From the NCBI RefSeq assembly GCF_963921235.1, contig NC_086109.1, forward strand, positions 20,586,001 to 20,650,000: a stretch of 64,000 bases of DNA. The letters are read 5' to 3'. Shown piece by piece: positions 39,785-51,805 of this stretch. This DNA is from Mobula hypostoma (lineage: Eukaryota). Made by a program: the position numbers and the translations under genes. The notes under the pieces are model-generated. The model was not told the origin of the DNA and searched no databases. It saw only the letters and a program-made list of their open reading frames with translations. Position 1 is the stretch's first letter, and each line of letters opens with the position of its first letter.

Positions 39785-40830
39785 GACTGGCAATACAAAT
39801 ATCAAATAAGGGTAGGACATACACCATGAATGAATGATAGGGCCCTATGGAGCACTGAGGAACAAAGTGATCTTGACGTACAAGGCCAAATGTCTCTGAA
39901 AGTGGCATTTTATACAGGCTGCCTACATAGCACACAGGATGCTTGACTTCATCGATCAGGGGTTTAGGAAGTGAGAGCAGGGAGGTCTCAGTACAACTTC
40001 AGAAAACGTTACTTAGGCCACAGCTGGAAGACTATGTGCAATTCTGCATGCCAAAGTACAGGGAGATGTGATTGCTCTGGAGAGAGTGCAGAGGAGATTC
40101 ACCAGGATGTTGCCTGGGATGGAACACTTCAGTCATGAGTAAAGTCTGGGTGGGCTGACCTTGTAATCTTGAAGCACAGGGAACTGAAGGGGGACCTAGC
40201 AATGGGATACAAGAATCCAAAGACAGGCAGAATGAATTAAAGTTTTTTTCTCTATGGCAGAATTTTTTCCCTCCAATGGAAGGAAATCAAAGACTAGAGT
40301 GCAGAGAGTCAAAGTGGGAGAGGGGAAAGATTTAAAAGAAATCCAAGGGGCAACCTCTTCACACAAGGGTGGTAGATAAATGGAATGAACTGTGGAAATG
40401 CTTGAGACAAGTGAAATAACAACATTTAAATAACATTTGGACGGGTACATGGGTATGAAAGGTTGAGGGATATGGACCAAACAAGGACGAATGCAAACAG
40501 CTTAGGTGAGCACCTTGGTCATGAGAAAGGGCCTGTTACCATGCTGTATTGCTCTAATGCTCTAAATGTCCAAGACCAGAAGGCATCAGTTTGAGTTGAG
40601 GAGCAAGAGGTGTAGAAGGGATCTGAGCAATATATTTTTTTTTACTCAGAGGGTGGATGGAATCAGGAACATGTTGCCTGAGGGAATGGTGGGAGTAGAC
40701 TCTCAAAGTTCAAGAAGCACCACTTGAATTGTCAAGGCATAGAAGGCTACAGACTAAGTGCTGGTAAATGGATTAAGTTCGCAATGAATTTCATGGTCAG
40801 ACTAGACAGGTTGGGCCAAAGTGCCCCTTG
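39785..40830 (+). mobile_element. CR1 LINE 3' fragments
   Basis: ctggagagagtgcagaggagattcaccaggatgttgcctggg (LERVQRRFTRMLPG); ttactcagagggtgg..tggaa; tail gggcctgttaccatgctgta. Confidence 0.8.
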
Positions 40831-41806
40831 CAGAGTTGCTTCAGCATAACCCAAGTATTAAAAACCTTTACATTAAGATATCAGCCTCACTCTTCGGCCT
40901 CAATGTTGGGTGCCCTCAAATTTGCCTGTTCTGACAGAATAGAGTTCTCTAAAATAAATCCTACACACAAGCATTTAAAGCCTTTTCTCCCCCCAAAGTG
41001 AGGTAAAAGTTCTGGATGCATCGCCATAGTTAAAAGCTTTCATAAACCTGACTCTTTTTTCCTACAGAAACAGTAAAGGTCCAAGAAACGCATATCAAGG
41101 CAATTCATACCGAAGTTTTAGATTAGATAAATAGCTCAAGGCTGACATCTGCTGGACTACATCAAAATCTTCAGTAATATTGCTAAATGATACAAGAGCT
41201 TTCGCACACAATTTCATTTTAAAAGCTGTTTTCTGCTCATAACTACACACTTAATTAATGCTTTGCAAAAATCAATCTTCCGAACACATTTTATATAATC
41301 CTGATGGCTGTTAGTATCTGGGTTTTAAGGGTTACATTACTTGAACAAGTTGCATTGACTCTGTTTGTATCCCCTTTTATCAAATTTGGGAATAAAGGGG
41401 GATCATACAGAGAAAATTAAAGTAATACAAAGTTGATAGGATACTTCCTCTGCTGAGAGTCTTGAACACACATAGCATAGATCTAATATTAGAGCAGGTT
41501 TGTTCAGAGGTGATATGGGTATAGGATAGGGTGTATGTGAAGTAGTATTTACATATTCATGTAAATTCATATTGTTCTGTGACTCTTTCCCATCAAAATA
41601 GTATTAAAGTTGCAGAGTAGTTACAGAAATTCTAAACAGAGACTGATAATTTTTTTTTAGATAGGGTATTACAGGTTATAGAATCAAGATTGGTAAAAAT
41701 TGGGGTACAGATAAGCAATAATCAATATTGAAAGATGAACAGGCTCCTCCAGTCCCTATATTCTTTGGTGATAAAGCAATGAAGCCTACAGTAAGATTTG
41801 TTCACT

Positions 41807-42120
41807 CGTTATGTGCCGTGTCATATGACATGGGCAATCATGGTCCCAGGGTTTGTCATCGCCTTCTTCTGGGCAGTGTCTTTACAAGACAGGTGACCCA
41901 AGCTACTATCAATACTCAGGGATTGTCTGCCAGGTGTCAGTGGTCATGTAACCAGGAATTGTGATATGCACTAGCTTCTCATACGACTGTTTACCTGTTC
42001 CTATGGCTTCATGTGACCCTGATTGGGGGGCTAGGCAGGTACTACACCTTGCCCAAGGTGACCAGAAGGAGTGCCTAACACTTCCTTTGGTAGGAACGCA
42101 TCTCCACCCCACCACCCACA
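41807..42120 (-). mobile_element. RTE-related SINE, second copy
   Basis: Colinear with 3750-4070 (tatgtgcc..atgacatgggcaatcatggtcc ... gcatctccaccc). Confidence 0.65.
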
Positions 42121-43594
42121 AGTAAGATTATTTTCATATTTAAGGCAAGAGTTAAAAGAACCAGTTAAAAGTTACAGCAGTGTTTATATGGGGGCAACTT
42201 AGCCACTGAATATATGGATTTCCTACAAAGGGTAGAACCATGATTTTCCTATACATTTTTAACATTCTCTGAGTGGTCAGTTTTTACATGCCCATGCCTA
42301 ATTACCCCATCTTGAACTAAGGTGTCCTTCCAGGGAAAATAATTCTGTTACATACAGTTTCAAGATTTACATCTATAATTGATAACACTTTCCCCAAAAC
42401 TATGTTCTGAATATGCACGGCTGAACTACAAGTAGATGAAGAATGAAATGCCATTTTACAGAACTTTCCACAACTCAGAAGATACCAGAGCACTTAATAG
42501 CAATAAAGTAACTTAGTTTTATATAGGTCGACACATCATGGCCGCTACTGTGCTGAACTGTTCTATCAATCTACCATTTCCCTTCTACACAGCCCATTAC
42601 CCTCTATTTTTCTTTAATCCATGTGCCTATCTAAGAGTCTCTTAAATGTCCCTAATGCATTAGCATCTATCACCACCCCCAGCAGTGTGCCTGATAAATC
42701 CCCTACACTTTCCTACTTTTGAGATATGGTCACAGTTGTAAAGGAGCAATGGATAATGTGTGCACAACAAACTCCACAAACAGCATTGTGATCATGACTA
42801 AATAATCTTCATTTTGAGTCATATTAATTGAAGTTTAAACATTGACCTGGACAACTGGGAAGAACGCAGTTGTCTATATCTAGTTAGCAGCTTGGTGTAA
42901 TCTAAAAGAAGTTAGACAGTGCCGAATTCTCTTTGTACTCAATGGAAGGACCAAGTTCAGTTTTTGTTCTGACATGAGGTTTCAATCCAAGCCTTCCACT
43001 CAGAACAATGGGTTAATGATTTAGACCTCAGTCCGTTGTGATAGTGTAAACAGAATCAAGTGGGGCTTTCAAGAGGAAAATAAAGGGCATGAGTGAAAAT
43101 AATGTGCAAGGCTGTGTAGAAAGAAGAGGAGCAAGGGACTAATTTAATGCTCTGACAGGAGCAGTACAAAGTGAATGAGCAGACTGACCTTCTCTTCTGC
43201 CTTCACAGTTCTATGATTCAGAGGTTGTACCCAGAGAATCAAAGATCACACAATAGGCTATTTAAAACAGTATGAAGGTGAACTGATAATTATCAAAGAG
43301 TGAGCCACACAGTTCAGAAGATTCTTAGTTTGTTTCTAAAGCTACGTTGAGAGAAGCTACCTTAAAAGAAGCATTGGTGAATGTGCTCCAAGGTTTTAAA
43401 AAGACTGAGTGAGGAAAGCGGAGAAAAGATAAAGACAACAATACAATTATCTTTGAGGAGGAATGGGGAAATGTCATATGACATTAGTGAGGAAGTCAAT
43501 AATAGCAGGAATCTAATGCCAAAAAGATCGGTCCCCAATGGTGCACATTAATATATAAAAATTGCACTATTCAAACAAAAATAACTTAAAAATT

Positions 43595-43872
43595 AGCTTT
43601 ATCACATGTACATTGAAATATACAGTGAAACCAGCATACATACAAATCAAATCAATGAGAACTGTGCTGTGTGTGTCAGTATGCTTCTGCAGTCAATGTA
43701 GAATGCAGACCACTCATTAACCCTTAGAATGTGGAAGGAAGCCAGAGTACCCAGAGAAAACCCACAGGATCATGAGGAGAAGATACAAACTCCTTACAGA
43801 CAGCAACAAGAATTGAACCCTGATCTTACAGCTGGTGCTACAAATCGTGGCGCTAACCACTGATGTTCCGTC
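43595..43872 (-). mobile_element. V-domain SINE with Rex1-like tail
   Basis: V-core, gaattgaaccc box B, gctaaccac; tail tcacatgtacattgaaatatacagtgaaa. Confidence 0.7.
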
Positions 43873-46664
43873 CCACTTTACTTTTGATGCATTGGATGAA
43901 ATAGAGGAAAATGCAGTACCCAGAATTTATGTAGAAGAGGTTACAATCTTCATTATACATTGAGTGAATGTGTACAGAGTCTCAAAGTGATTTGAAAACA
44001 AGATGGAGAAGCATGAATCAATCTAAGTGAACATGGGGGACTCTTTTGGACTTTGTCATGTTCATACTTCAGCAACCTCAACACACAAAAGGAAACTATG
44101 GTTAAACACTTCATCTCATGTCAGTTCCCTCATCTTAATTTATGTGAAAGCCCTGTACTTCAGACCCATGTTCCCATAATGTACCAACATGGCCCAGTGC
44201 CATGAATATTACCCCTTCAGGCAAAAGTTAGCCATGGTTTCAGGGTTACAAATCAAAACAAATGATATTTCTTGGCATGGAATGCGCAGGATTTTATTTA
44301 GGGTTAAATAAGCTTAAACACTACCCATCTGTTCTGCTGGGAGAACTTGATTCAATCCACACTCTAACTAATTTTGAAAAACAAAGACTTTGAACATTGC
44401 CTAATGTTGAAATACTTTTGAAATGTTGATCACACACAAGCAGCAGTGTAAATTCACCAACTTCACTTGGGGCAAAATGGAAAGAGAAGTCAGATACAAG
44501 AACAGCACACATGCATCTTCAATCAGAAATAATGTGGGAATTTTAAAATCCCACAAGAACGAGTTTCAGTCATGGGGGCAACAGGGCTCCAAAACAGGAC
44601 CAAGGAGAGTTGCACGAGTAAAGTTTTCCCTAGAAGAGCTCATCACAACCTAGTAACCCTGTGGGAAAATACATATGCATGAAATGTCAGCAGAGAACAC
44701 TCAAGTTATTGTGTGATTGAGTGCTTCACTCATAGTAATATATAATTTTACCAAATTAAAAGGTAGCTTGAGAAATTTATTTACATTAAAACCAGAAAGG
44801 AGATGAGAGATTTGGAAAAGCTTGGTGTAACAGAGAACTGCAGTGTATTGGGGCTCCAGCAGAGAGAGTGGCAGTCCATGCTAGACAAGATATTTTGATT
44901 TTATTATATAATGGTCGATTGGGAAGTTGGAAGGGCCTTCACACTGTCAGAACTTAACAAACAGAAGGTGAAAATTCTACCAAAAGGTAGAAATTTTTCA
45001 TCTTGGGTTTACTACTGTTCAAATGTTATGCACTGCAATCTTTGAAATTAGGGCTCACACACTCAATGCCTTATCACTAATATATATTCAGGGCTCTAGT
45101 AACAACCCCTGTCAATGCTAATGAAAATTTTCTTCCAGTCTGAAAAGAAACGGTGCACCATTACACTGGTTCTACTTTTCTTCTTCTGTTAAATTCAAGA
45201 GCTTTCATTTATTTGGCTACTTCCATGCAGTAAAATATCACAACCAACTTCACAGATCAAATAAAAGTAAACTTTAGGAGAACTGACTAAGTTTTCTAAA
45301 TTTGTTAAGAGTAAGTGAAGGAGGTGAGGTGAAAAGGTTTAAGGAAGAAATAGAAAACATGAAAATTTTCAATTCTGTCTCCATTCCAATCATTAGAAAA
45401 TCTATAGTAGATTCTTAAAAGCTCCCTTTGTTCTTTCAGTTATCTCATAACACTCATTAGGAAATTCTTAAAAAAAAAATTATGTTTAGCTAAAAAAATA
45501 ATTTCAAAATCATTTTTACATAAATTTGAACAATCCAGAAGTTCTCAACTGTTGCTAAAACATTTTTTTTTAATCTGGATGCTAAGGAACTAAAATATGA
45601 TTAAAATTCCAATTTGTTCTAACAGAATTAACTTATATTTTGAATTGAGCTCAATGACAATTTTGATTAACGACTACCCTTTCCTCCATTTTAATTGCTC
45701 CTTACAGAACATGTTGTTCCTATCGAAGTAAAAGCTTCATTTGAAAACTCCCTGTTCTCTCCCTAAGGCTTCATACTTTAATATGCAGAGCAGAATGGGA
45801 ATAAAAATCAGTACAACTCTTGTATGAGCCATTGTCAAGAATTATCCTTTAAGTGCAGCTTACCCCTGTTACCTTGGGTGCTTTCCACAAACTTGTACAT
45901 TAATGCCTAAATGCTTTCATTAATAATCATAATTCAAAACAGCAACACTAAATGGATATCAAACAGGTATGTTGAACTGAAGTACCATATGGTTTAATGA
46001 TTTTTTTTGTTGCACTTTGTGAAATTTCCACATATTATTAAACTTAAACTGCCTATTATTCCATAGTATTCCCAGAACAGATAGGAAAAACATAAAAAAG
46101 ACAAAAAAACTAAAGAAAGTGTTTTGTATTTAAACACAACTGTGATTTTACATTGAAATATATGCTCAGTAGCCATTTTATTAGGTACACCTGCTCATTA
46201 ATGCAATATCTAATCAGCCAACCATGTGGTTGCAACTCAATGCAAAACTACCTATATAAAAAAATAAAAATTTTGGTTTTCCCTCTCTCCTAGGTCATGA
46301 CACTAATAGCAGACTAGCAGATTGAATATATGCGATTTTAAACTGGTAAGAATATGCTATGTATATGTCCAAAAACTAAATTCTGACTAAATACTACTAA
46401 GTCATATTTGTAAACTCCTGAGTTAATATTCACATTTAATTGGAAATGTATAGAGTATTCTTAAAACAAAATATAAGTGCCAAATTAATGGAAAATACCA
46501 ATCCTATTTACTGGTGAGCATTCATTTTACATCACTTTGCTGAACTGATATAGCACAGACGAAGATTACATCACTTAGAGCCTGCAAATGATCTTAATTC
46601 AAGTGCCCATCAATTTCATTTTGAGAGCTCCATTTGACACTGCTACCTTACTAAACAACTGAAT

Positions 46665-47000
46665 GTAAAAGAAAGCACTTGCATTAAAAGTGCCTTTCGT
46701 GTCCCGATGATTTGCAGCAGCCAATTTATGCACAGGAAGATCTTGTAAACAGCAGAGTAATTAATGACAATCTATATTGGTGCTGTTGGGTTACAACAAA
46801 AGAATAGTAGGAAAACTGAGAGAACTCATTTGCCTTTGCAGAGCAAGAGAACAAATGGTTCTACCTGAATAGGCAAATGAGGACCCCATTGTAACATTTC
46901 ATCTTGAAAAATTGCTTTATTTTTCCAGAGCAGTATGGAATCTCTGGAGTGCATCCTGAATCCACATTCGAACTCTGGAGTGAGCGTGTATTACTAACTA
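46665..47000 (-). mobile_element. Deu-domain SINE relic just downstream of exon 47049-47151
   Basis: cttgcatt..gcctttc..gcagccaatttatgcacaggaagatcttgtaaacagca matches the recalled Deu consensus. Confidence 0.55.
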
Positions 47001-47048
47001 CTCAAGTTATCTGAATTAATGGAACTGAATGGTATCTGTCACACTTAC

Positions 47049-47151
47049 CTTTGGCACATGTGGGTTAAACTCCACTGCTCTGTGTATTGCTTCCACAGCA
47101 TTCATTTCTGCTGTGCTGAGTCCTCGCCGAGAGGCTGCCTCTGGTGAGAAC
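47049..47151 (-). CDS. st7l: ST7-family coding exon, 103 nt: [34 protein letters not shown]
   Basis: Read by hand: ataacag|GTTC...CCAAAG|gtaagt. Confidence 0.96.
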
Positions 47152-48825
47152 CTGTTATCAGGCAAGCAAAGTGAACTTCAGTGTAAAGTCGAGCTATTAA
47201 AAACAGAAATTTAAAATGCAAATTCCTCCATTCATAAACACCTCATTCTTTTATGAGAAAGACCAGGGTTCCTTATAAAAAAGCAAAGGACCGTTTCCTG
47301 AAAGTTATGAAGGAGGTTGATATGCTAAGCACAGCAAGGACATTTACACTTGTGAAGCTGTTGAATACCAACAACCATAAATATACAGTAGTTACTATAA
47401 AAATCTAACAGGAAATGTAGGATGTATTTCTTTATCCAGTGGGTGGTTAAAATGTGGGTGCTAACATCTGAAACAGGATTTGAAATAATCATGCAAATGC
47501 ATTTAAGTGGAAGCTAGTAAATATGAAAAAGAATTAAAAATTATAGTGATGGAATTGTGTGAAACTGGTTTGTATAAAGCATAAACACAACATAAACCAT
47601 TGAGCAAAATATCCTATTACTTGTATTTTAAATTTTTTTGCAATTCCATGCAACACCTCTGTCGACCAAGTACGCAAGCGAAGAGCTAAACCTGGGCTTC
47701 ATTAAACAGAGCATTTCACGAATGACCTGGAACAATTGTATCCCAAAAGCAAGTGATAATTTTACAAGATCTGGAAACACGGAGAGTGACAACAAACAGA
47801 TGCCTTTACTGACATGCAATTAAGCAATACAAGCATTTACCTCAGCATTGCCAAACACAATCCTATGCCACCTATAAATTTTACTGTTACATATCCTGTT
47901 TTACTGGCATTCTTTGTGATCATGAAACATGGTTGTGTCTAATATCTGTTAAGGCCAGACTGCTGTAATACATCTTAAAAAAATACTCATTTTGGCATGT
48001 GCACTCTAATGGTAGGGTCATACATACTGACCATCTGGGGGAGTGATCCCAAGATTCAAAGAATCCATTAAGATTCAAGATTCTTTAATGTCATTTCCAG
48101 TACACAAGTGCAAAGGAGAACAAAATAATTGTAACTCAAGATCATGCAGCATAAAAAAATCCATTAAGATAAAGAACACAACAATAAATAATTACTTAAA
48201 AAAACTTGTATACATAGATGGATTGCTTGTCCATAAAGTGACACTAGGCACAAGAGTGTCTGTACATAAAGGTGACTCACAGGAAATGATAAAATAGTAC
48301 TGTTTGGAATTATGGAGGAGTGGGTTAGCAGGTAGAGGTGTTGATCAGCCTTGGGGAAAGTACAGAGTTGTAAGTGCGTGCACACTGCAAACCTTCTTCC
48401 CTTCCGAAGAATAATAAGTAATTATATTTTTCACAACTATCTACAGGTAACTTCAAGGATTTCATTATAAATAAAATTATAAACTGGCAACAGTCCACAA
48501 GTTAAGTGACTAATTGTATTCAGTTTTACTGTCTGCAATGGACAAAGATTAGAACACATCAGCTGAGAGCTAACACTCATCCATTTCTACCTGAACTTCA
48601 CTGAACTGGGAACAGAGCTACAGCATCTTCATAGTGGTAAGATTCACACTGTGTCTGTGTGTTTGTCTGTGTCCTTAACTCCTGATGGAGTCGTTGGGCC
48701 ACCGTCATGACAAGCTTTTATGCTCATCGTATGGAGTGTCCTGACAGTTTCAGATCCCTCTCCAGGTAACACACATCAAAGTTGCTGGTGAACGCAGCAG
48801 GCCAGGCAGCATCTCTAGGAAAAGG

Positions 48826-48867
48826 TACAGTCGACGTTTCGGGCCGGAACCCTTCATCAGGACTGTA
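48826..48867 (-). ncRNA. Minimal type I hammerhead ribozyme
   Basis: TACAGTC-CTGATGA-A-GGGT TCCG GCCC-GAAAC-GTC^GACTGTA: 7-bp stem I, conserved core, GUC cleavage triplet, palindromic ACGT stem III. Confidence 0.8.
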
Positions 48868-49336
48868 GACGGAAGGGGCAGAGGCTCTATAAAGAAGGTG
48901 GGGGGAGGGTGGGAAGAAGGCTGGTAGGTTCCAGGTGAAAAACCAGTAAGGGGAAAGGTAAGGGGGTGGGGGAGGGGAAGCAGGGAGGGGATAAGCAGGA
49001 AAGGTGAAGAAGGAATAGGGGAAAACACAACGGGTAGTAGAAGGCGGAACCATGACTGGTCGCCTTTTGATATCCCAAAGACACAGCCTGGAAGACTAAC
49101 ATGCCTTCCCTATCTCACTCTGCCCCCTCCCCCAGCTGCCTATCACCTCCCTCATGGTTCCACCTCCTTCTACTACCCATTGTGTTTTCCCCTATTCACC
49201 TTTCCTGCCTATCCCCTCCCTGCTTCCACTCCCCCACCCCTTTATCTTTCCTTACTGGTTTTTCACCTGGAACCTACCAGCCTTCTCCTTCCCACCCTCC
49301 CCCCACCTTCTTTATAGGGCCTCTGCCCCTTCCCTC

Positions 49337-49378
49337 TACAGTCCTGACGAAGGGTTCCGGCCCGAAACGTCGACTGTA
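49337..49378 (+). ncRNA. Minimal type I hammerhead ribozyme
   Basis: TACAGTC-CTGACGA-A-GGGT TCCG GCCC-GAAAC-GTC^GACTGTA; predicted cut after 49371. Confidence 0.8.
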
Positions 49379-50063
49379 CCTTTTCCTAGAGATGCTGCCT
49401 GGCCTGCTGCGTTCACCAGCAACTTTGACGTGTGTTGCTTGAATTTCCAGCATCTGCAGAATTCCTCATGCTTCCCTCTCCAGGTGTTGTTTTTTTTTAA
49501 ATAACAGTTCGAGGTGTTTGCTCAACACTCAACCCAGGCACATATGGAGAGTGTGCAAAGGAGCCTGCCAGATTTGAACTTGGGACCTCTTGCTCCGAAG
49601 TCCAGCGCTGATGCCACTACGCCACCAGCCGGCTTGAAGATTCACACTACAGCTGTTATTTTCTTCAAAGGCATAACATAGTTGCCCAGATGCAGAGCAA
49701 ATGCTGTGCCCTGAGGAAGTCCCAGAAATACAATTTCAAGGTTCATTAAAATTTACATCCAAAGTCAATGTGTAGAAATGACAGCCCTGAAGATATTTTG
49801 AGTTTAGATCTCTACACAATAGGGAAACAAAAGGTAGCTAAAACTCTTGTGAGACTGAACTCAGTGTTCTCTGCATTATTTCAGAGTTGTTGTGTATCCC
49901 TGATTTTGAATCAATCCACCATGCTTAGCTGTGTCTTGATCCCAAGAATTGCAAATGGCTCTCTAAACACCACCGCCATTAAACCATCCGTTCACGAGCT
50001 TACACAAGGGATGGTGGTACATTTTGTCAATTAACTCTGAGAAGGTCCTTTAAAAAAGATTTT

Positions 50064-50842
50064 GTAGTAGGCCTCCATCAATCAGAGTTGACCATGGATA
50101 TGCGTTCTAGCTGTCTACATACTCAAGCCTGGGGAGTACAAAATGGAGAGCAAGCTGTTGTCCATGTAGCAAGCGCCCCCCCCCCACCACGCATCTGATA
50201 ACATAGAAACATAGAAAATAGGTGGAGTAGGCCATTCGGCCCTTCGAGCCTGCACCGCCATTCAGTATGATCATGGCTGATCCTCCAACTCAGAACCCCG
50301 CTCCAGCCTTCCCTCCATACCCCCTGATCCCCGTAGCCACAAGGGCCATATCTAACTCCCTCTTAAATATAGCCAATGAACTGGCCTCAACAGTTTCCTG
50401 TGGCAGAGAATTCCACAGATTCACCACTCTCTGTGTGAAGAAGTTTTTCCTAATCTCGGTCCTAAAACGCTTCCCCTTTATCCTCAAACTGTGACCCCTC
50501 GTAGACCCAAAGGAGCACGCAGAGACCGGTACAGTTTGGTACTAGCAGCATTGCAGGAATTGCAAGTCAGCATTGAACTCAATGTAGGACTGCCTTAGGG
50601 GCTCAAGCTCCAGAATTTTTCTCCTCGGGGTTTATTCCCGAAGCCTTCCCCATGAGTGGGTATAGCAGCAAGGCAGCAGAAGTTTGAGATCAGAGTTTTC
50701 CTTCTCCTAGATGAGCTGCCAACCACAGCTACCAAGCCTCATCTGCCCAAAGTGACTGGCTTTATGTTGCCAGTGACCTGCCTTTGCCCCTTCTCCTGTC
50801 AGTAGAAACAGTTCTATCAGGCCACACGTGAAGGCCAGGAGT
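50064..50842 (-). mobile_element. Probable RTE-derived non-autonomous element, interrupted by a CR1 3' end
   Basis: gtagtaggc..ccat..gaccatggat 3'-type end and gagttttccttctcctagatgagctgcc RTE 5'UTR-like motif (recalled). Confidence 0.5.
50200..50501 (-). mobile_element. Young CR1 LINE 3' end
   Basis: ORF 50290..50487 RIKGKRFRTEIRKNFFTQRVVNLWNSLPQETVEA; (catagaaa)n tail. Confidence 0.92.
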
Positions 50843-51005
50843 CTTTAAAAAGGTGCGACCTAAATTTGATAGGTTGTTGAAATTTCACATTGCATAGTGA
50901 TATGATCAGAAGAGGATCACATATACTGATAGAATGAGGACCCTATTAATCAATAACACAATTTTAGGCATCATTTCCTTCATGCACAGATGACTTTATG
51001 GAGGG

Positions 51006-51805
51006 ATAGATAGATATACTTTATTGATCTCGAGGGAAATTGGGTTATGTTACAGCCGCACCAACCAAGAATAGAGCATAAATATAGCAATACAAAAACC
51101 ACAAACAATCAAACAACAAAATGCAAACTATGCCAGATGGAAAAAAGTCCAGGACCAGTCCATTGGCTCAGGGTGTCTGACCCTCCACGGGAGGAGCTGC
51201 AAGTTCGATGGCCACAGGCAGGAACGACCTCCCATGCCGCCCAGTGTTGAATCTCGGTGGAATGTGGCCGAAGTCCAACAGTAAAAAGTTCTATATCCGG
51301 TCTACAAACACGTTCCTCGATTGTAATATGACCCGGATTGCACCATCCGTTGTTAACCAGAACAGTAAGCACCCAACTCCTTTACGCTTACCGCTCTCGG
51401 TGCACTTCCAGTCAGCCAGAACGGTCTGGAAGCCGTCCATGGAGAAGTTTTGATCGGGTATGTCCTTGTGCAGCCCCGTTCCAGTGAAACACATAACACT
51501 GCACTCCTGAAATGTTCTCTGACGCCTGGCTAGCGCTGTGAACTCGTCCATTTTATTACCCACCGAACTCCTCTTCTCCGTAAGTCTCTGTTGTCTCAAC
51601 CCGGTCCTCTTTCCTTGACTTTGTGATCCCCCTCTGCATCCCCTGTGTGTTTTCCTCCAGATTTCAGCAGGGGTGTCCGCCGCTCTGCTCGCTAAACCGG
51701 CCAGCATTAGCGCAAGCAGCTGGTCCCTGGAATGAACAATGCGACCATGCTTCTGTCCCGCGTGTCGGGATGTAACTATTTCCAGCGCTAAAAACCCAAA
51801 TCAAA
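51006..51805 (-). mobile_element. Internally deleted Rex1/Babar-type LINE (5' end + APE endonuclease start fused to the 3' end)
   Basis: SVGNKMDEF..CSVMCFT..DGF..SGKRKG..VLVNNGWC..ELFTVGLRP, then directly RSFLPVAI and a tail ending caataaagtatatctatcta. Confidence 0.8.

Larger units (their letters stand above)
48768..49472. mobile_element. Non-coding PLE insertion: two inverted pLTR arms with 13-bp target duplication
   Basis: Arms 48768-49055 and 49152-49436 are near-identical reverse complements; tccctctccaggt at 48755-48767 and 49473-49485. Confidence 0.93.
48651..49636 (-). mobile_element. tRNA-headed SINE interrupted by a PLE insertion; 12-bp target duplication
   Basis: aagattcacact at 48639-48650 and 49637-49648; minus-strand head has box A ggtggcgtagtgg and box B agttcaaatc; tail of acac/agac repeats. 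Confidence 0.8.

Noticed and set aside
47029..47214. Plus-strand ORF overlapping an exon (likewise 59756..60010)
   Set aside because: Antisense shadow of st7l exons; no independent coding evidence.
48724..49504. Several Pro-rich ORFs with the repeated PDEGFRPETSTVPFPRDAAWPAAF peptide
   Set aside because: Translations of the non-coding PLE pLTR and ribozyme; the recurrence reflects repeat copies, not a protein family.
49560..49636. tRNA gene-like A/B boxes
   Set aside because: It is the head of a TSD-flanked SINE, with no complete cloverleaf or terminator.
50520..50842. Possible HDV-like ribozyme in the RTE-like 5' region
   Set aside because: RTE 5' ends can carry these, but I could not build the nested double pseudoknot by eye.
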